From: Candidatus Fimimonas sp.
GTDB taxonomy: Bacteria; Bacillota; Clostridia; Christensenellales; CAG-314
Assembly (NCBI GenBank): GCA_045644945.1
Contig: JAZRHU010000042.1
Coordinates: 44,314-108,313 of the forward strand
Length of the DNA: 64,000 bases
Direction of reading: 5' to 3'
Shown piece after piece: positions 18,033 to 28,056 of this stretch. How positions within the stretch are numbered: position 1 is the first letter of the stretch; every line of letters starts with the position of its first letter. A program made the translations under genes and the position numbers. The notes beneath the pieces are model-generated. The model ran no database searches, was not told where the DNA came from, and was given only the letters and a program-made list of their open reading frames with translations.

Positions 18033-21000
18033 CTACATCGCTTGCTTGATAGCTTCGGTAAGTTTTACGGAAACAATCTTGGATACACCCTTTTCTTCCA
18101 TGGTTACGCCGTACAAAACGTCGGCATTTTCCATAGTTGGCTTTTTGTGGGTAATAACAACAAACTGAGTTGAAGCGGAGAACTTGCGCAAGAACTTAGA
18201 TACGCGTTCCGCATTGGCATCGTCCAATGGCGCTTCAATTTCGTCCAATACACAGAAAGGCATTGGGTTGTATTTCAAAATACTGAACAAAATCGCAACA
18301 GAAGTCATTGTGCGCTCGCCACCGGAGAGCAAGGAAATATTTTGCAATTTCTTTCCTGGTGGTTGAGCCTCGATTTCTACACCGTAGTCAAGTGAAGATT
18401 TGTTTGGATCTTTTTCTACTGTCAAACGAGCAAAACCACCGTTAAACAATTCTCTAAATACCATCTTGAAGTTATCGTTGATTTGGCTCATGCCTTCTTC
18501 AAAACGCACTTCGATATCAGCAGTCAAACTCTTCAAAGCTGCATCAAGGTCATTTTGAGCCTTTTTGAGGTCTTCAATTTGATTCATGTAGTCGTCGTAA
18601 CGCTCTTGAGTTTCCGCAAGTTCTTGGATAGCGTTTACGTTTACACTACCAAGACGTTGCAACGCTTGTTTAAGTTCGGCAATGGCATTTTTGCCACCTT
18701 CAAAGTCGTAGTCTTCCGCTTTGTATTGCATTGCAGCAGAGTATGTAACGCCATATTCTTGGAATACGCGTTCTTGAAGGGCCATCAAGTCATCGTCAAT
18801 CTTGCCCAAAACATAAGTTTCATGCTCGATTGAGCCAACTAGTTTCTCTAACTCGTTAGACAACTGCATGCGTTGCTCGGAAAGCATTTGGAACTGCATC
18901 TCAATGTCCAACTTCATCTTGTCTGTAGACTTGATTTGCTCCAAAAGCGCATCCATTTCCGCTTGCAAAGCTGTGTCTGTTGTGCTTTCATTCAATGCTT
19001 GGTAAAGAATATCAAGAGATGCGGTCAATTGAGTGATGTAGTTTTTCTTTTGACCAATCGACTCTTGCAAGCTAAAGATTTGCTTGTCATTGCCGGCAAT
19101 TTCGTGTTTGAAGTTCTCGATGTTAGATGTCAACACCGCCAAACGAAGGTTTCTGTCGGTAAGGGAGTTGCGAATTGCTTCCTTTGCAGCAAGTTCCGCA
19201 TTGAGAGTTTCCGTCATACGAGCAATTTTGTCGCGAAGTTTTTCTTCGGCAGATTTAAGTTCTTCGATATGACTGAGAGTTTTTTCAATGGCACGTTGCA
19301 AAGTAGCCAAACGTTGATCGATTCTTTCCTTATCGTTGGAAAGTCCCAAGATGTTTTTCTTGTCAGCACCGCTAAGTGTATTGGATGTTTCAATCTTTTC
19401 GCGGTAGGTTGCAATATCAACAGTAACTTGGTTGATTTTTTCCAGCAAACTAGCATACTCTTGACGAGCAACTTCCAACTGCTTGTCCAATTGTTGCTTT
19501 TGACCTTCAGTTTCTTTAAGTTGTTGCAAGAGTTGAGCAAGTTTTTGAGTGCGCTCTTCAATTTGTGTTTCTTGAGAAAGCAAACTTGTTGCTTGCTTTT
19601 TGCTACTACCACCTTCCAAAGAACCATCGTTGTTGATGCGTTCGCCAGTAAGTGTTACCATGCGGTGAACGTAGCGGTATTTTTTAGACAAAGCAACAGC
19701 GTTATCAAATGTATCGACTACTACAATACCACCAAGCAAGGATTCGAAAACGTTAGAGTAGTACTTGTCGTAGGAAATAAGTTCGCTTGCAACACCAAGT
19801 ACGCCCTTTTCCTTCAAAACATCTGCACGATCAATTCCGTGAGGCTTCATGGATGATACGGGCAAGAAAGTTGCTTTGCCGTAGTCGTTGATTTTGAGGT
19901 AGTTGATGAGGTATTTTACATCATTTTCGTCCTTGGTAACGATGTTTTGCAAACGTCCACCAAGAGCTGTTTCGATAGCAACACGCAATTGTGGTTGAAC
20001 TTTGATTAGGTTAGCAACTACACCGCAGATGTGGGAGTTGAGCTGACTATCATGCTTAGCGTCATTCATCAAGTTTTGGATGCAAGAGTTGTATCCACGA
20101 TAGCTAGACACAAAGTCCTTGAGCATGTCGATACCGCCCTTTTCACTTGAATACGCTTGATGCTTACGTTGAAGCTCTGTACTCAAATTAAATTGTTGAT
20201 ATTCCAAATCCTTTACTTGTTGCTTGAGTTGTTGCGCTTGCTTTTCAAGTTGTTCCTTGAGTTTTCTAAGTTCATCATACTTGCCAATCAAGTCGCCTTC
20301 TTCGCCAGCACTTTCTTGCAATCTCAAGGAAAGCTCTTGTTCCTTTTCGGCAATTTCTACAAGGCGGTCGGACAACGTTTTGATTTCTGCCTCAAAACCA
20401 GCCACAGCACTTGCATGCTTACCAGCCGAAGTCAAGACTTCTTCCAATTTAGCGCGTAGCTCGTCCAAATTTCGTTGAATATCGTCAACTCTACGAGAAA
20501 TGGAAACAAATTTATCGTTTGTTTGCAAAATTTCGTTTTGAAGTTGATCTCTATCTTGTTCACGATGAGTGATTGTCGCTTTGAGTTGGTCATTGCCAGC
20601 GATAAGGTTATCAATTTCCGCACCAGCATCAACAATTTGTTGCTCGATTGTTTCAATCTCGCGCTTTACATTGTTTATTTTTTCGCGTACAACGTTCTTT
20701 TCGCCGGAATTACGCTCTACAACAACGGCAAGTTCTACTTGCTTATCTCTTAACGCTGTGATTTCTACGTCGATATTATTGCGCTTGTGGAACATTTCGT
20801 CGTATTGCTCGTTAACGTCAACGTACAATGCACTCTTGTAGTTTTGCTCTTCGTGCAAACCTTCCAACTTTTTACGACAATCATCCTTTTGTTGACTTGC
20901 ATTGTCGTAGCTGTAGATATATGCGTTGATTTCGTGATGTTTTAGTTGATCGTACAAATCGATGTACTTTTTGGCGTTTGTAGATTGACGCTTGAGTTCG

Positions 21001-21611
21001 GGCAAACGGCGTTTGAGTTCCTCGACAATAATCATCAAGTTGTCCATATTCAAACGAGTTCTTTCCAACTTACGCTCTGTTTCCACTTTTTTAGCGCGGA
21101 ATGTAGAAATACCCATCGCTTCTTCGAAAATTGCACGACGATCTTCTGGCTTGGCATTCAAAATGGCATCCATACGACCTTGTCCAACAATGGAGTAACC
21201 TTCCTTACCAAGGCCAACGCCACGCAAAAGCTCTTTGATATCCATCAAACGAACAACGTTGCGATTCAAAAGATACTCGCTTTCGTTGTTGCGGTAAAGC
21301 TTACGACTGATGATTACTTCGTCCATTGGCAATGGGAAAATGCGAGTTGTGTTATCCATGTAAAGGGAAACTTCGCAGTAACTCATAGATTTGCGGGAGT
21401 CGGTACCATTAAAGATGAGGTCTTGCATGTGCTTACCACGCAAGTTTTTGGTGCTTTGTTCACCAAGAACCCATCTAATAGCATCGGAGATGTTACTCTT
21501 ACCGCAACCATTTGGCCCAACAATACCAGTAATGGGTTGATCAAATTTTAGTTCTACTTTGTCGGCAAAACTCTTGAAGCCGTACATTTCGACTTTTTTC
21601 AAATATAGCAC
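18033..21611 (-). CDS. smc: Chromosome partition protein Smc.
   Basis: 1192 aa. Walker A GPNGCGKSN, long coiled coils, a hinge (GVVANLIKV), the signature LSGGERTMTSVA, and Walker B FCVLDEIEAPLDDAN. A GTG start overlaps the rnc stop. Confidence 0.97.
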   Translation of the reverse strand: MLYLKKVEMYGFKSFADKVELKFDQPITGIVGPNGCGKSNISDAIRWVLGEQSTKNLRGKHMQDLIFNGTDSRKSMSYCEVSLYMDNTTRIFPLPMDEVIISRKLYRNNESEYLLNRNVVRLMDIKELLRGVGLGKEGYSIVGQGRMDAILNAKPEDRRAIFEEAMGISTFRAKKVETERKLERTRLNMDNLMIIVEELKRRLPELKRQSTNAKKYIDLYDQLKHHEINAYIYSYDNASQQKDDCRKKLEGLHEEQNYKSALYVDVNEQYDEMFHKRNNIDVEITALRDKQVELAVVVERNSGEKNVVREKINNVKREIETIEQQIVDAGAEIDNLIAGNDQLKATITHREQDRDQLQNEILQTNDKFVSISRRVDDIQRNLDELRAKLEEVLTSAGKHASAVAGFEAEIKTLSDRLVEIAEKEQELSLRLQESAGEEGDLIGKYDELRKLKEQLEKQAQQLKQQVKDLEYQQFNLSTELQRKHQAYSSEKGGIDMLKDFVSSYRGYNSCIQNLMNDAKHDSQLNSHICGVVANLIKVQPQLRVAIETALGGRLQNIVTKDENDVKYLINYLKINDYGKATFLPVSSMKPHGIDRADVLKEKGVLGVASELISYDKYYSNVFESLLGGIVVVDTFDNAVALSKKYRYVHRMVTLTGERINNDGSLEGGSSKKQATSLLSQETQIEERTQKLAQLLQQLKETEGQKQQLDKQLEVARQEYASLLEKINQVTVDIATYREKIETSNTLSGADKKNILGLSNDKERIDQRLATLQRAIEKTLSHIEELKSAEEKLRDKIARMTETLNAELAAKEAIRNSLTDRNLRLAVLTSNIENFKHEIAGNDKQIFSLQESIGQKKNYITQLTASLDILYQALNESTTDTALQAEMDALLEQIKSTDKMKLDIEMQFQMLSEQRMQLSNELEKLVGSIEHETYVLGKIDDDLMALQERVFQEYGVTYSAAMQYKAEDYDFEGGKNAIAELKQALQRLGSVNVNAIQELAETQERYDDYMNQIEDLKKAQNDLDAALKSLTADIEVRFEEGMSQINDNFKMVFRELFNGGFARLTVEKDPNKSSLDYGVEIEAQPPGKKLQNISLLSGGERTMTSVAILFSILKYNPMPFCVLDEIEAPLDDANAERVSKFLRKFSASTQFVVITHKKPTMENADVLYGVTMEEKGVSKIVSVKLTEAIKQAM

Positions 21612-22288
21612 TATTCAATTCTCCATTTAGTACAGTATTTCTTTGCTGCATCTTGTTGGGCAGACTTTTTAGAAAGCCCTGTGCCTTCGCAGCAGAATTC
21701 GTCATTTATATACAATGCAAATGTAAACGTGGGTTTGTTCTGTGGCCCACTTTGACTAACAAATTTGTAGGAAATTGTCCACTTGCGCTCTTGGCAATAT
21801 TCTTGCAAAGGTGTTTTGTAGTCTTTTTGACCATCCTCCAAAACGCGATTTTCCAAAATATCCTTCAAAAAGTGCAAAACAAATCTTTCCGCCTCGCGAT
21901 AGCCACCATCAAGGTAAATTGCACCAAGCACCGCTTCAAACAAGTCAGCCTCAATCTTTTTGCCAAGACGTTTGATAACATCAGCACCATCGGCAACAAG
22001 CAGATGCTTGAGCAGGCCCATCTCTCTTACAATAGGCTTTAGGCCTTGCGCCGAAACAATTGTTGCGCGCAATTTTGTAAGGTCGCCAGCATCAAGTTGT
22101 GGGTATGCGTTGTAGATGTAGATGGAAACCACATCATCTAAAATCGCATCGCCAAGGTACTCCATTCGATCGTTATCCAGCATACCCGTCATATGCGAGT
22201 AGGATGGATGAGTAAAAGCTTGAATGAGCAAATTTTTGTTTTGGAAGGTGTAACCTATTATGTTTTCAATTGATTTGATATCAATCAT
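21611..22288 (-). CDS. rnc: Ribonuclease III.
   Basis: 225 aa. The RNase III signature is MEYLGDAILD. A C-terminal dsRBD is present (GPQNKPTFTFALYINDEFCCEGTGLSKKSAQQDAAK). Confidence 0.95.
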   Translation of the reverse strand: MIDIKSIENIIGYTFQNKNLLIQAFTHPSYSHMTGMLDNDRMEYLGDAILDDVVSIYIYNAYPQLDAGDLTKLRATIVSAQGLKPIVREMGLLKHLLVADGADVIKRLGKKIEADLFEAVLGAIYLDGGYREAERFVLHFLKDILENRVLEDGQKDYKTPLQEYCQERKWTISYKFVSQSGPQNKPTFTFALYINDEFCCEGTGLSKKSAQQDAAKKYCTKWRIE

Positions 22289-22501
22289 ATGTTACTCCAC
22301 AGCTTACAAGTAGTTTGACACCAAATTCCACAGGCGGATTTGATGCACATATTATATACTTAAATTTACACAAATTTTGTGCAAAATTATCATTATACAT
22401 ATATATTATATACCTTTTAATTACATTTTGCAATAGTTTCATGCAATAAATGTGTGTTGTTTCACAAAAATGCGCCATTTTTGGCAAATGTTTCACAAAA
22501 T

Positions 22502-22528
22502 AAAAAACCACCGACAAAATCGGTGGTT
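22502..22528 (-). terminator. Intrinsic terminator after rpmF.
   Basis: Stem CCACCGA (22508-22514) / TCGGTGG (22520-22526), then a T-run on the minus strand (A-run 22502-22507 on plus). Confidence 0.7.
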
Positions 22529-22562
22529 AATTATTTACCTAATGGTATTTTGATAGAGTCAA

Positions 22563-22751
22563 TTATTTGTTGTCTGCTGTTACTTCAACAACTTGTTTGC
22601 CATCATAGTAGCCACAAGAATCACAAACCTTGTGAGCAACCTTGAGTTCGTGGCATTGAGGACATTCTACCAAAGTTGGAGCAGTTGCTGTCCAGTTAGC
22701 TGCTCTTGTGTGTTTTCTTTGTTTAGATGTTTTTCTCTTGGGTACTGCCAT
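22563..22751 (-). CDS. rpmF: 50S ribosomal protein bL32.
   Basis: 62 aa. MAVPKRKTSKQRKHTRAANW plus a CxxC...CxxC zinc ribbon. Confidence 0.95.
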   Translation of the reverse strand: MAVPKRKTSKQRKHTRAANWTATAPTLVECPQCHELKVAHKVCDSCGYYDGKQVVEVTADNK

Positions 22752-22766
22752 TGTGATGCACCTCCG

Positions 22767-23270
22767 TTAGAATTTTAAATTTTTTAGTACAGAAAAAGCG
22801 TTGTCAGGTGTGGTGTCGCAACTGCACGTTTGTTTGTTCAAGTCTGTACCACACTTGTGACACAAGCCTTTGCAATCTTCCTTGCACAAAAAGCTCAATG
22901 GAAGGGACAACACAATTTCGTCGCATACGGCCTTGGTTACGTCAAGTTTACTTCCTGAGTAGATGTACGCATCCTCGTCCGTTGCACTATCTTTGTAAAA
23001 TGTTTGTTCAAAAGGTAAGTAGATTTGTTTGGAAACTTTGCTTAGGCATCTGTCGCAAACACCCTCGATAAAGCAGGTGATTTCCCCTTCGATGAACACA
23101 TTTGGATTTTCAAACGTAACGTCGAAATCCACTTCCACTTTTGTTAAAGTAGCTTGTGGATATGGCAACAAGTCGCTAGGTAAGGCAAATTCGCCTTGAA
23201 AAATCAGCGGTTCGCCTACATTTGCAAGGTTTTCCGTCAAATCAATTACAATTTTACTATGCACAGCCAT
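22767..23270 (-). CDS. yceD: DUF177/YceD family protein (large ribosomal RNA subunit accumulation protein).
   Basis: 167 aa. C-terminal Cys cluster CKEDCKGLCHKCGTDLN. It lies immediately upstream of rpmF, the conserved pairing. Confidence 0.85.
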   Translation of the reverse strand: MAVHSKIVIDLTENLANVGEPLIFQGEFALPSDLLPYPQATLTKVEVDFDVTFENPNVFIEGEITCFIEGVCDRCLSKVSKQIYLPFEQTFYKDSATDEDAYIYSGSKLDVTKAVCDEIVLSLPLSFLCKEDCKGLCHKCGTDLNKQTCSCDTTPDNAFSVLKNLKF

Positions 23271-23304
23271 TATTATACTAATTTATAAACAATTTGTCAA
23301 CGAT

Positions 23305-24510
23305 TTAAGACAACTTTGCAACAGCCATTGTTTCGCGAGCTATTACAACTTCTTCGTTTGTTGGAATCACAAGAATCTTAACTCTGGAGTCGTCTGCTTG
23401 AATTTCGGCAATAGTACCACGTGGGCAGTTAGCGTTCTTTTCAAGGTCGAGTTTAACACCGAGATAATCCAAGTTCTTCAAAGTTCTTTGACGAACGTCA
23501 GCATCGTTTTCGCCAACGCCAGCAGTAAATACGATAACGTCAACACCATTCAAAGCTGCTGCGTATGCACCGATGTACTTCTTTGTGCCGTATGCAAATA
23601 CGTCCAAAGCAAGGTTAGCGCGGTAGTTGCCTTCTTCTGCTGCCTTAGCCAAATCTCTAAAGTCACTGCTTACGCCGGAAAGACCAAGCATACCGCACTT
23701 CTTGTTGAGATAAGTCAAAGTTTGGGAGATATCCATACCCTCTTTGCGTCCAATGTACTCTGCTGCAGCGTAGTCGATATCACCACTACGAGTACCCATT
23801 GCAACACCTGCAAGAGGAGTGAATCCCATAGATGTATCGATGCACTTTCCGCCATCAACGGCTGTAATGGAAGAACCGTTACCAAGGTGGCAAGTGATGA
23901 TTTTGAGATCAGCAATGTCTTTAGCAAGGTACTTTGCTGCTTCTTGAGCTACAAACTTGTGGCTTGTACCGTGTGCGCCGTAACGACGAATCTTGTATTT
24001 TTCGTAGTGAGCGTAGTCAACAGCATACATATATGCGTAGTCAGGCATTGTAAAGTGGAAACCTGTGTCAAAAACAAGCACCATTGGTGTGTTTGGCATT
24101 TGTGCAAGGCAGGCATTTACACCAACGATAGCTGCTGGGTTGTGGAGTGGAGCCAAGTCCTTGATTTCTTCCATCAAAACCATAGCTTCGGGTGTTACCA
24201 ATGTTGGAACCTTAAATGCTTCGCCAGAAGCCACAACGCGGTGACCTACACCATCGATTTCTTCCATAGACTTGATAACGCCAACTTCAGTATCAGTCAA
24301 CTTGTCCAAAACAAGCTTTACTGCTACGTTGTGGTTAGGCATGTCTACAAGTTGCTCGATTGTTTGACCGTGTGCTTTGTAAACAAAGTTAGAGTTTGCA
24401 ATACCGATACGCTCGCAAATACCTTTTGCAAGAACACTTTCGTTCTTCATATCGATAAGTTGGTACTTCAAAGATGAACTACCAGAGTTGATTACCAAAA
24501 TTTTGCTCAT
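23305..24510 (-). CDS. ackA: Acetate kinase.
   Basis: 401 aa. MSKILVINSGSSSLKYQL, GHRVVASG and ITCHLGNGSSI are acetate kinase signatures. Confidence 0.97.
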   Translation of the reverse strand: MSKILVINSGSSSLKYQLIDMKNESVLAKGICERIGIANSNFVYKAHGQTIEQLVDMPNHNVAVKLVLDKLTDTEVGVIKSMEEIDGVGHRVVASGEAFKVPTLVTPEAMVLMEEIKDLAPLHNPAAIVGVNACLAQMPNTPMVLVFDTGFHFTMPDYAYMYAVDYAHYEKYKIRRYGAHGTSHKFVAQEAAKYLAKDIADLKIITCHLGNGSSITAVDGGKCIDTSMGFTPLAGVAMGTRSGDIDYAAAEYIGRKEGMDISQTLTYLNKKCGMLGLSGVSSDFRDLAKAAEEGNYRANLALDVFAYGTKKYIGAYAAALNGVDVIVFTAGVGENDADVRQRTLKNLDYLGVKLDLEKNANCPRGTIAEIQADDSRVKILVIPTNEEVVIARETMAVAKLS

Positions 24511-24519
24511 ATTTATCTC

Positions 24520-25515
24520 CTAAAATTGTGTTTGAAGTGCTGTGATTGCTACGCAAGCAACAATATCCTCTGTTTTGCAACCGCGAGAAAGATCGTTCAT
24601 TGGTTTAGCAAAACCTTGGCAGATTGGGCCAACAGCCATAAAGCCACCAAGACGTTCAGCAATTTTGTAGCCAATGTTACCAGATTGCAAGTCAGGGAAA
24701 ACAAATACGTTAGCATGACCAGCAACGGAGCTACCCTTTGCCTTCATTTCGCCAACGGATGGAACAATTGCAGCGTCAAATTGCAATTCGCCATCAATCT
24801 TGAGTTCTGGAGCAGTTTCTTGAGCAATGCGTGTTGCTTCTGCTACCAAACTAACGTTGTCATGCTTTGCACTGCCCTTGGAGGAGAAGGAAAGCATTGC
24901 AACTTTTGGATCGATACCTGCAATTGCTTTTGCAGATTTTGCTGTGGAAATAGCAAGATCAGCAAGACCTTCGGATGTGTATGTTGGATTCAAACCGCAG
25001 TCAGCAAAAACCACCAAACCATCTGGGCAGTATTGGTTGCCTTGTGGTGGGCAGAGCATCAAGTTGAAGCTTGTAACAGCTTTTGCACCAGGAGCAGTTT
25101 TGATAATTTGAAGACCTGGTCTAAGTGTGTTAGCTGTGGAGTGGCAAGCACCGGAAACAAGACCGTCCACTTCGCCCATCTTGAGCATCATTGCACCAAA
25201 GTATGTGCCGTCTCTCAAGAGAGCTGCTGCTTGTTCTTCTGTCATACCCTTGGATTTGCGGAGTTCGCAAAGTGTTGCAATGTACTCTGGCAAACGTTCA
25301 CTTGTAAGATTGTTAACAATTGTTACGCCAGTAAGATCAACGTCTGGGTTAGCTTGAGCAATTGCATCTGGATCGCCAATCAAAACGATTTTTGCGATAC
25401 CTTCGCGAGTTGCATCTTGAGCTGCTTTTACAACACGACTATCTTCGCCTTCGCAAAGTACAATTGTCTTTTGGAGTGCTGCTGCTTTTTGTTTGATTTG
25501 TTCTAGAATGTTCAT
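24520..25515 (-). CDS. pta: Phosphate acetyltransferase.
   Basis: 331 aa. It matches the short Pta family (LRDGTYFGAMMLKMGEVDGLVSGA, VFPDLQSGNIGYK) and lies upstream of ackA. Confidence 0.95.
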   Translation of the reverse strand: MNILEQIKQKAAALQKTIVLCEGEDSRVVKAAQDATREGIAKIVLIGDPDAIAQANPDVDLTGVTIVNNLTSERLPEYIATLCELRKSKGMTEEQAAALLRDGTYFGAMMLKMGEVDGLVSGACHSTANTLRPGLQIIKTAPGAKAVTSFNLMLCPPQGNQYCPDGLVVFADCGLNPTYTSEGLADLAISTAKSAKAIAGIDPKVAMLSFSSKGSAKHDNVSLVAEATRIAQETAPELKIDGELQFDAAIVPSVGEMKAKGSSVAGHANVFVFPDLQSGNIGYKIAERLGGFMAVGPICQGFAKPMNDLSRGCKTEDIVACVAITALQTQF

Positions 25516-25707
25516 AACTTTTCTCCTTGAAGAAATGCTTTATTTTTTACAAAATTTGGTGTATAATGATTTAGTCAAGGCGATTTACCCCGCCATTTGT
25601 TTGACAAGATGATATCAAAGATATCAATTTTACTTTACCAAAAGGCATTATACCACAAATAAAATTTATTGTAAATAGAAAAGTAGCAAATCAAAGGAAA
25701 TAAAGTT

Positions 25708-26763
25708 ATGAAAATTGCCGCAATAATTTGCGAATTTAACCCAATACATACCGGACACAAACGACTTATCGACTACGCCAAGAGCGTTGCCGACAAAGTT
25801 GTGTGCATAATGAGCGGTAATTTTGTGCAACGTGGCATGCCTGCTTGCGCCGATAAATACGACCGAGCGCGCCACGCCATCCTTTGCGGAGCCGATTTAG
25901 TTGTGGAACTACCAACTATTTTTGCAACAGCTTCTGCGGAAGACTTTGCGTTTGGCGGAATTAAAATTGCTAGCCAAATTGGCGCTGACTACCTCGTGTT
26001 CGGTAGCGAATGTGGCAGTGTTGACGAGTTGCAACATATTGCAAATATGCTTGATGACACGCTGGTAAACGAAAAAATTCAAGATTTCCTTGCGCAAGGA
26101 AACAGCTATCCAAAAGCTGTCAGTCTTGCTATTGGAAGCGAAATCTTGCAAAGTCCAAACAACACTTTGGCAATCGAGTACCTGCGCGCTATCAGCAAAA
26201 TTGACAAAAACATCACACCACTTACCATCAAGCGCGAAAACAACTATCACGGCAATGGTAGCGAATACGCAAGTTCATCGGCACTGCGCAAAGATTTGGC
26301 TTTGAGAAATAAATTCAGTTACGAATTTGTAGCACCAGACATCAACGACAGCATCGAAGACAAATTTTGCCAATTTGTTTGCCACTACTTAACAACAGTT
26401 AACTCGCAAGAACTTTACAAAATTGACGGTGTGAGCGAGGGTCTAAACAACAAGATATTCAAGGCAGACAAGCACCTTGGTTACAACGAATTGGTGGAGC
26501 AAATAAAGAGCAAACGCTACACTAGAGCAAAGATTCAGCGCATACTTTTACGAAGCATTTTGGGCATCGAAGAGTTTGATATGCAGTGTGCGCGCAAAGG
26601 CACGCTTCAAACAAAAGTGCTTGCAGTAAGGTCTGACGCTGTTGCACTTTTGCAACGTTGCAATGATCAACTAGACGACAACTTTACCGTTACTGCCGAC
26701 AAACTTTACCTGTCATTTAGCGGAAAAAAGGCGCCACAAAAACTTCAAAAAATAAATTTTTAA
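25708..26763 (+). CDS. tmcAL: tRNA(Met) cytidine acetate ligase (YlbM/UPF0348 nucleotidyltransferase).
   Basis: 351 aa. MKIAAIICEFNPIHTGHKRLIDYAK is the HxGH-type nucleotidyltransferase motif of the TmcAL family. ylbJ/coaD/rsmD neighbours match the Bacillus ylb region. Confidence 0.85.
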   Translation: MKIAAIICEFNPIHTGHKRLIDYAKSVADKVVCIMSGNFVQRGMPACADKYDRARHAILCGADLVVELPTIFATASAEDFAFGGIKIASQIGADYLVFGSECGSVDELQHIANMLDDTLVNEKIQDFLAQGNSYPKAVSLAIGSEILQSPNNTLAIEYLRAISKIDKNITPLTIKRENNYHGNGSEYASSSALRKDLALRNKFSYEFVAPDINDSIEDKFCQFVCHYLTTVNSQELYKIDGVSEGLNNKIFKADKHLGYNELVEQIKSKRYTRAKIQRILLRSILGIEEFDMQCARKGTLQTKVLAVRSDAVALLQRCNDQLDDNFTVTADKLYLSFSGKKAPQKLQKINF

Positions 26764-26816
26764 TTTTAACAAATAGACAACAATAGGTCGTCACAACAAC
26801 CCACAATAAACAATAC

Positions 26817-26850
26817 GCCCGACTGAAAATCATTCATTCGGGCTGTTTTT
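26817..26850 (+). terminator. Intrinsic terminator after tmcAL.
   Basis: Stem GCCCGA (26817-26822) / TCGGGC (26838-26843), followed by TGTTTTT. Confidence 0.6.
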
Positions 26851-26866
26851 GCACTATTTTAATTAT

Positions 26867-26890
26867 ATATGTCTGTCATAGTATTATATA
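26867..26890 (+). repeat. Box A-like copy 3 (ATATGTCTGTCATAGTATTATATA), upstream of ylbJ.
   Basis: 21 of 24 positions match 9520-9543 (TTATGTTTGTCATAGTACTATATA). It has the same plus-strand orientation as copies 1 and 2, although ylbJ is on the opposite strand to ytfI and spoIVB. Confidence 0.7.
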
Positions 26891-26991
26891 AAAGGGCGCT
26901 TTTTAGTATTGCAAGGTATAATTTGCGCAAAAATCAGTAAATATTGCAAGAATTACGAATATTGACACATCAGGCAAAATATCTCAATAGT

Positions 26992-27882
26992 ATGAAAAAA
27001 ATATTGGAAAGAACTGCCCTTGCACTGCTATACTTAGCCATTGTCGTTTGCTTTGTAATCCAGCCAGCAAGGTATACAAAAGCGTTTTTAGACGGCATCA
27101 CAGTTTGGGCGCACAATGTTTTACCAGTGGTTTTCCCCTTTGCACTACTAACAACCATCTTTGCAAGAAACTTCAACTTTGGCAAATTTTCCATCACAAA
27201 ATTGCTATTTGGCATCAGCTGTGACGAGCTGTTTTTTGCCAGCATTTTGTGCGGTTATCCCGTTGGTGCAAGGGTGATATCCGAACAAAATGTTGACGAG
27301 AAATCAGCCACAATTTTGTGCAGTTTCTGCTCAACACCTAGCCCAATTTTCTTGATTGCAACCGTAGGCACAGCCATTGACAACACCACCGCTACTTTGA
27401 TTGTTTGCTTTTCCCAATTTATTGCAATGGCACTAAATGGACTACTTTACACCCACAAACAAAGTATTTCATTTATACCAATAAAACAAAACTTTGACAG
27501 CAAAGACTTTGGCGATACCATCACAAATTCCATACTATCAATTTTGACAATTGGTGCTTTGATTGCATTGTTTTTTATGTTAACGGAAATTATACAATCA
27601 TTGCTACCAAAAACTATTTCTACACACCCTGCACTATTTTTTGCAATTGGCATGCTGGAAATGACATGCGGAATCTTGAAGATTTGTGCAACTTGCGATA
27701 TTTTTTGTGCAACTGTATGTACATCGGCGCTATTATCATTTGGCGGACTTTGTGTAGCATTGCAATGTTTTGCCTTCGTATCGCAAAAGGGAGTCAAATT
27801 TGGCAATTTGCTGAAAATGAAATGCACTCAATGTGCTTTTGCTACAATTGTTGCCTTTGTATTAGGAAAACTGTTTTTGTAA
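26992..27882 (+). CDS. ylbJ: Sporulation integral membrane protein YlbJ-like (nucleoside-recognition/Gate-type).
   Basis: Polytopic. The N-terminus MKKILERTALALLYLAIVVCFVIQPARYTKAFLDGITVWAHNVLPVVFPFALL follows the YlbJ pattern. It is shorter than Bacillus YlbJ. A TTG at 26944 is an alternative start. Confidence 0.6.
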   Translation: MKKILERTALALLYLAIVVCFVIQPARYTKAFLDGITVWAHNVLPVVFPFALLTTIFARNFNFGKFSITKLLFGISCDELFFASILCGYPVGARVISEQNVDEKSATILCSFCSTPSPIFLIATVGTAIDNTTATLIVCFSQFIAMALNGLLYTHKQSISFIPIKQNFDSKDFGDTITNSILSILTIGALIALFFMLTEIIQSLLPKTISTHPALFFAIGMLEMTCGILKICATCDIFCATVCTSALLSFGGLCVALQCFAFVSQKGVKFGNLLKMKCTQCAFATIVAFVLGKLFL

Positions 27883-27989
27883 TACGATTTTAAAAATTGA
27901 ATGTAAAGCAACAATAGCTATCGACACATTATTTTGCGCCATTTTATTTTGCAAAATCTACGTAATATACACAAACATCACAAACAACA

Positions 27990-28019
27990 AAAAAGGATGC
28001 AAATTCATGCATCCTTTTA
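27990..28019. terminator. Bidirectional terminator between the convergent ylbJ and DAHP synthase genes.
   Basis: Stem AAGGATGCA (27993-28001) / TGCATCCTT (28008-28016), with an A-run and a T-run on the flanks. Confidence 0.7.
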
Positions 28020-28056
28020 TCATTATCAATTAGATTTTTTGTTGCCGTTTTATGGT

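Noticed and set aside
22281-22517. A 78-aa minus-strand ORF in the rpmF-rnc spacer.
   Set aside because: It runs across the rpmF terminator and an AT-rich promoter-like stretch, and it overlaps the rnc start. It has no SD and a low-complexity translation.
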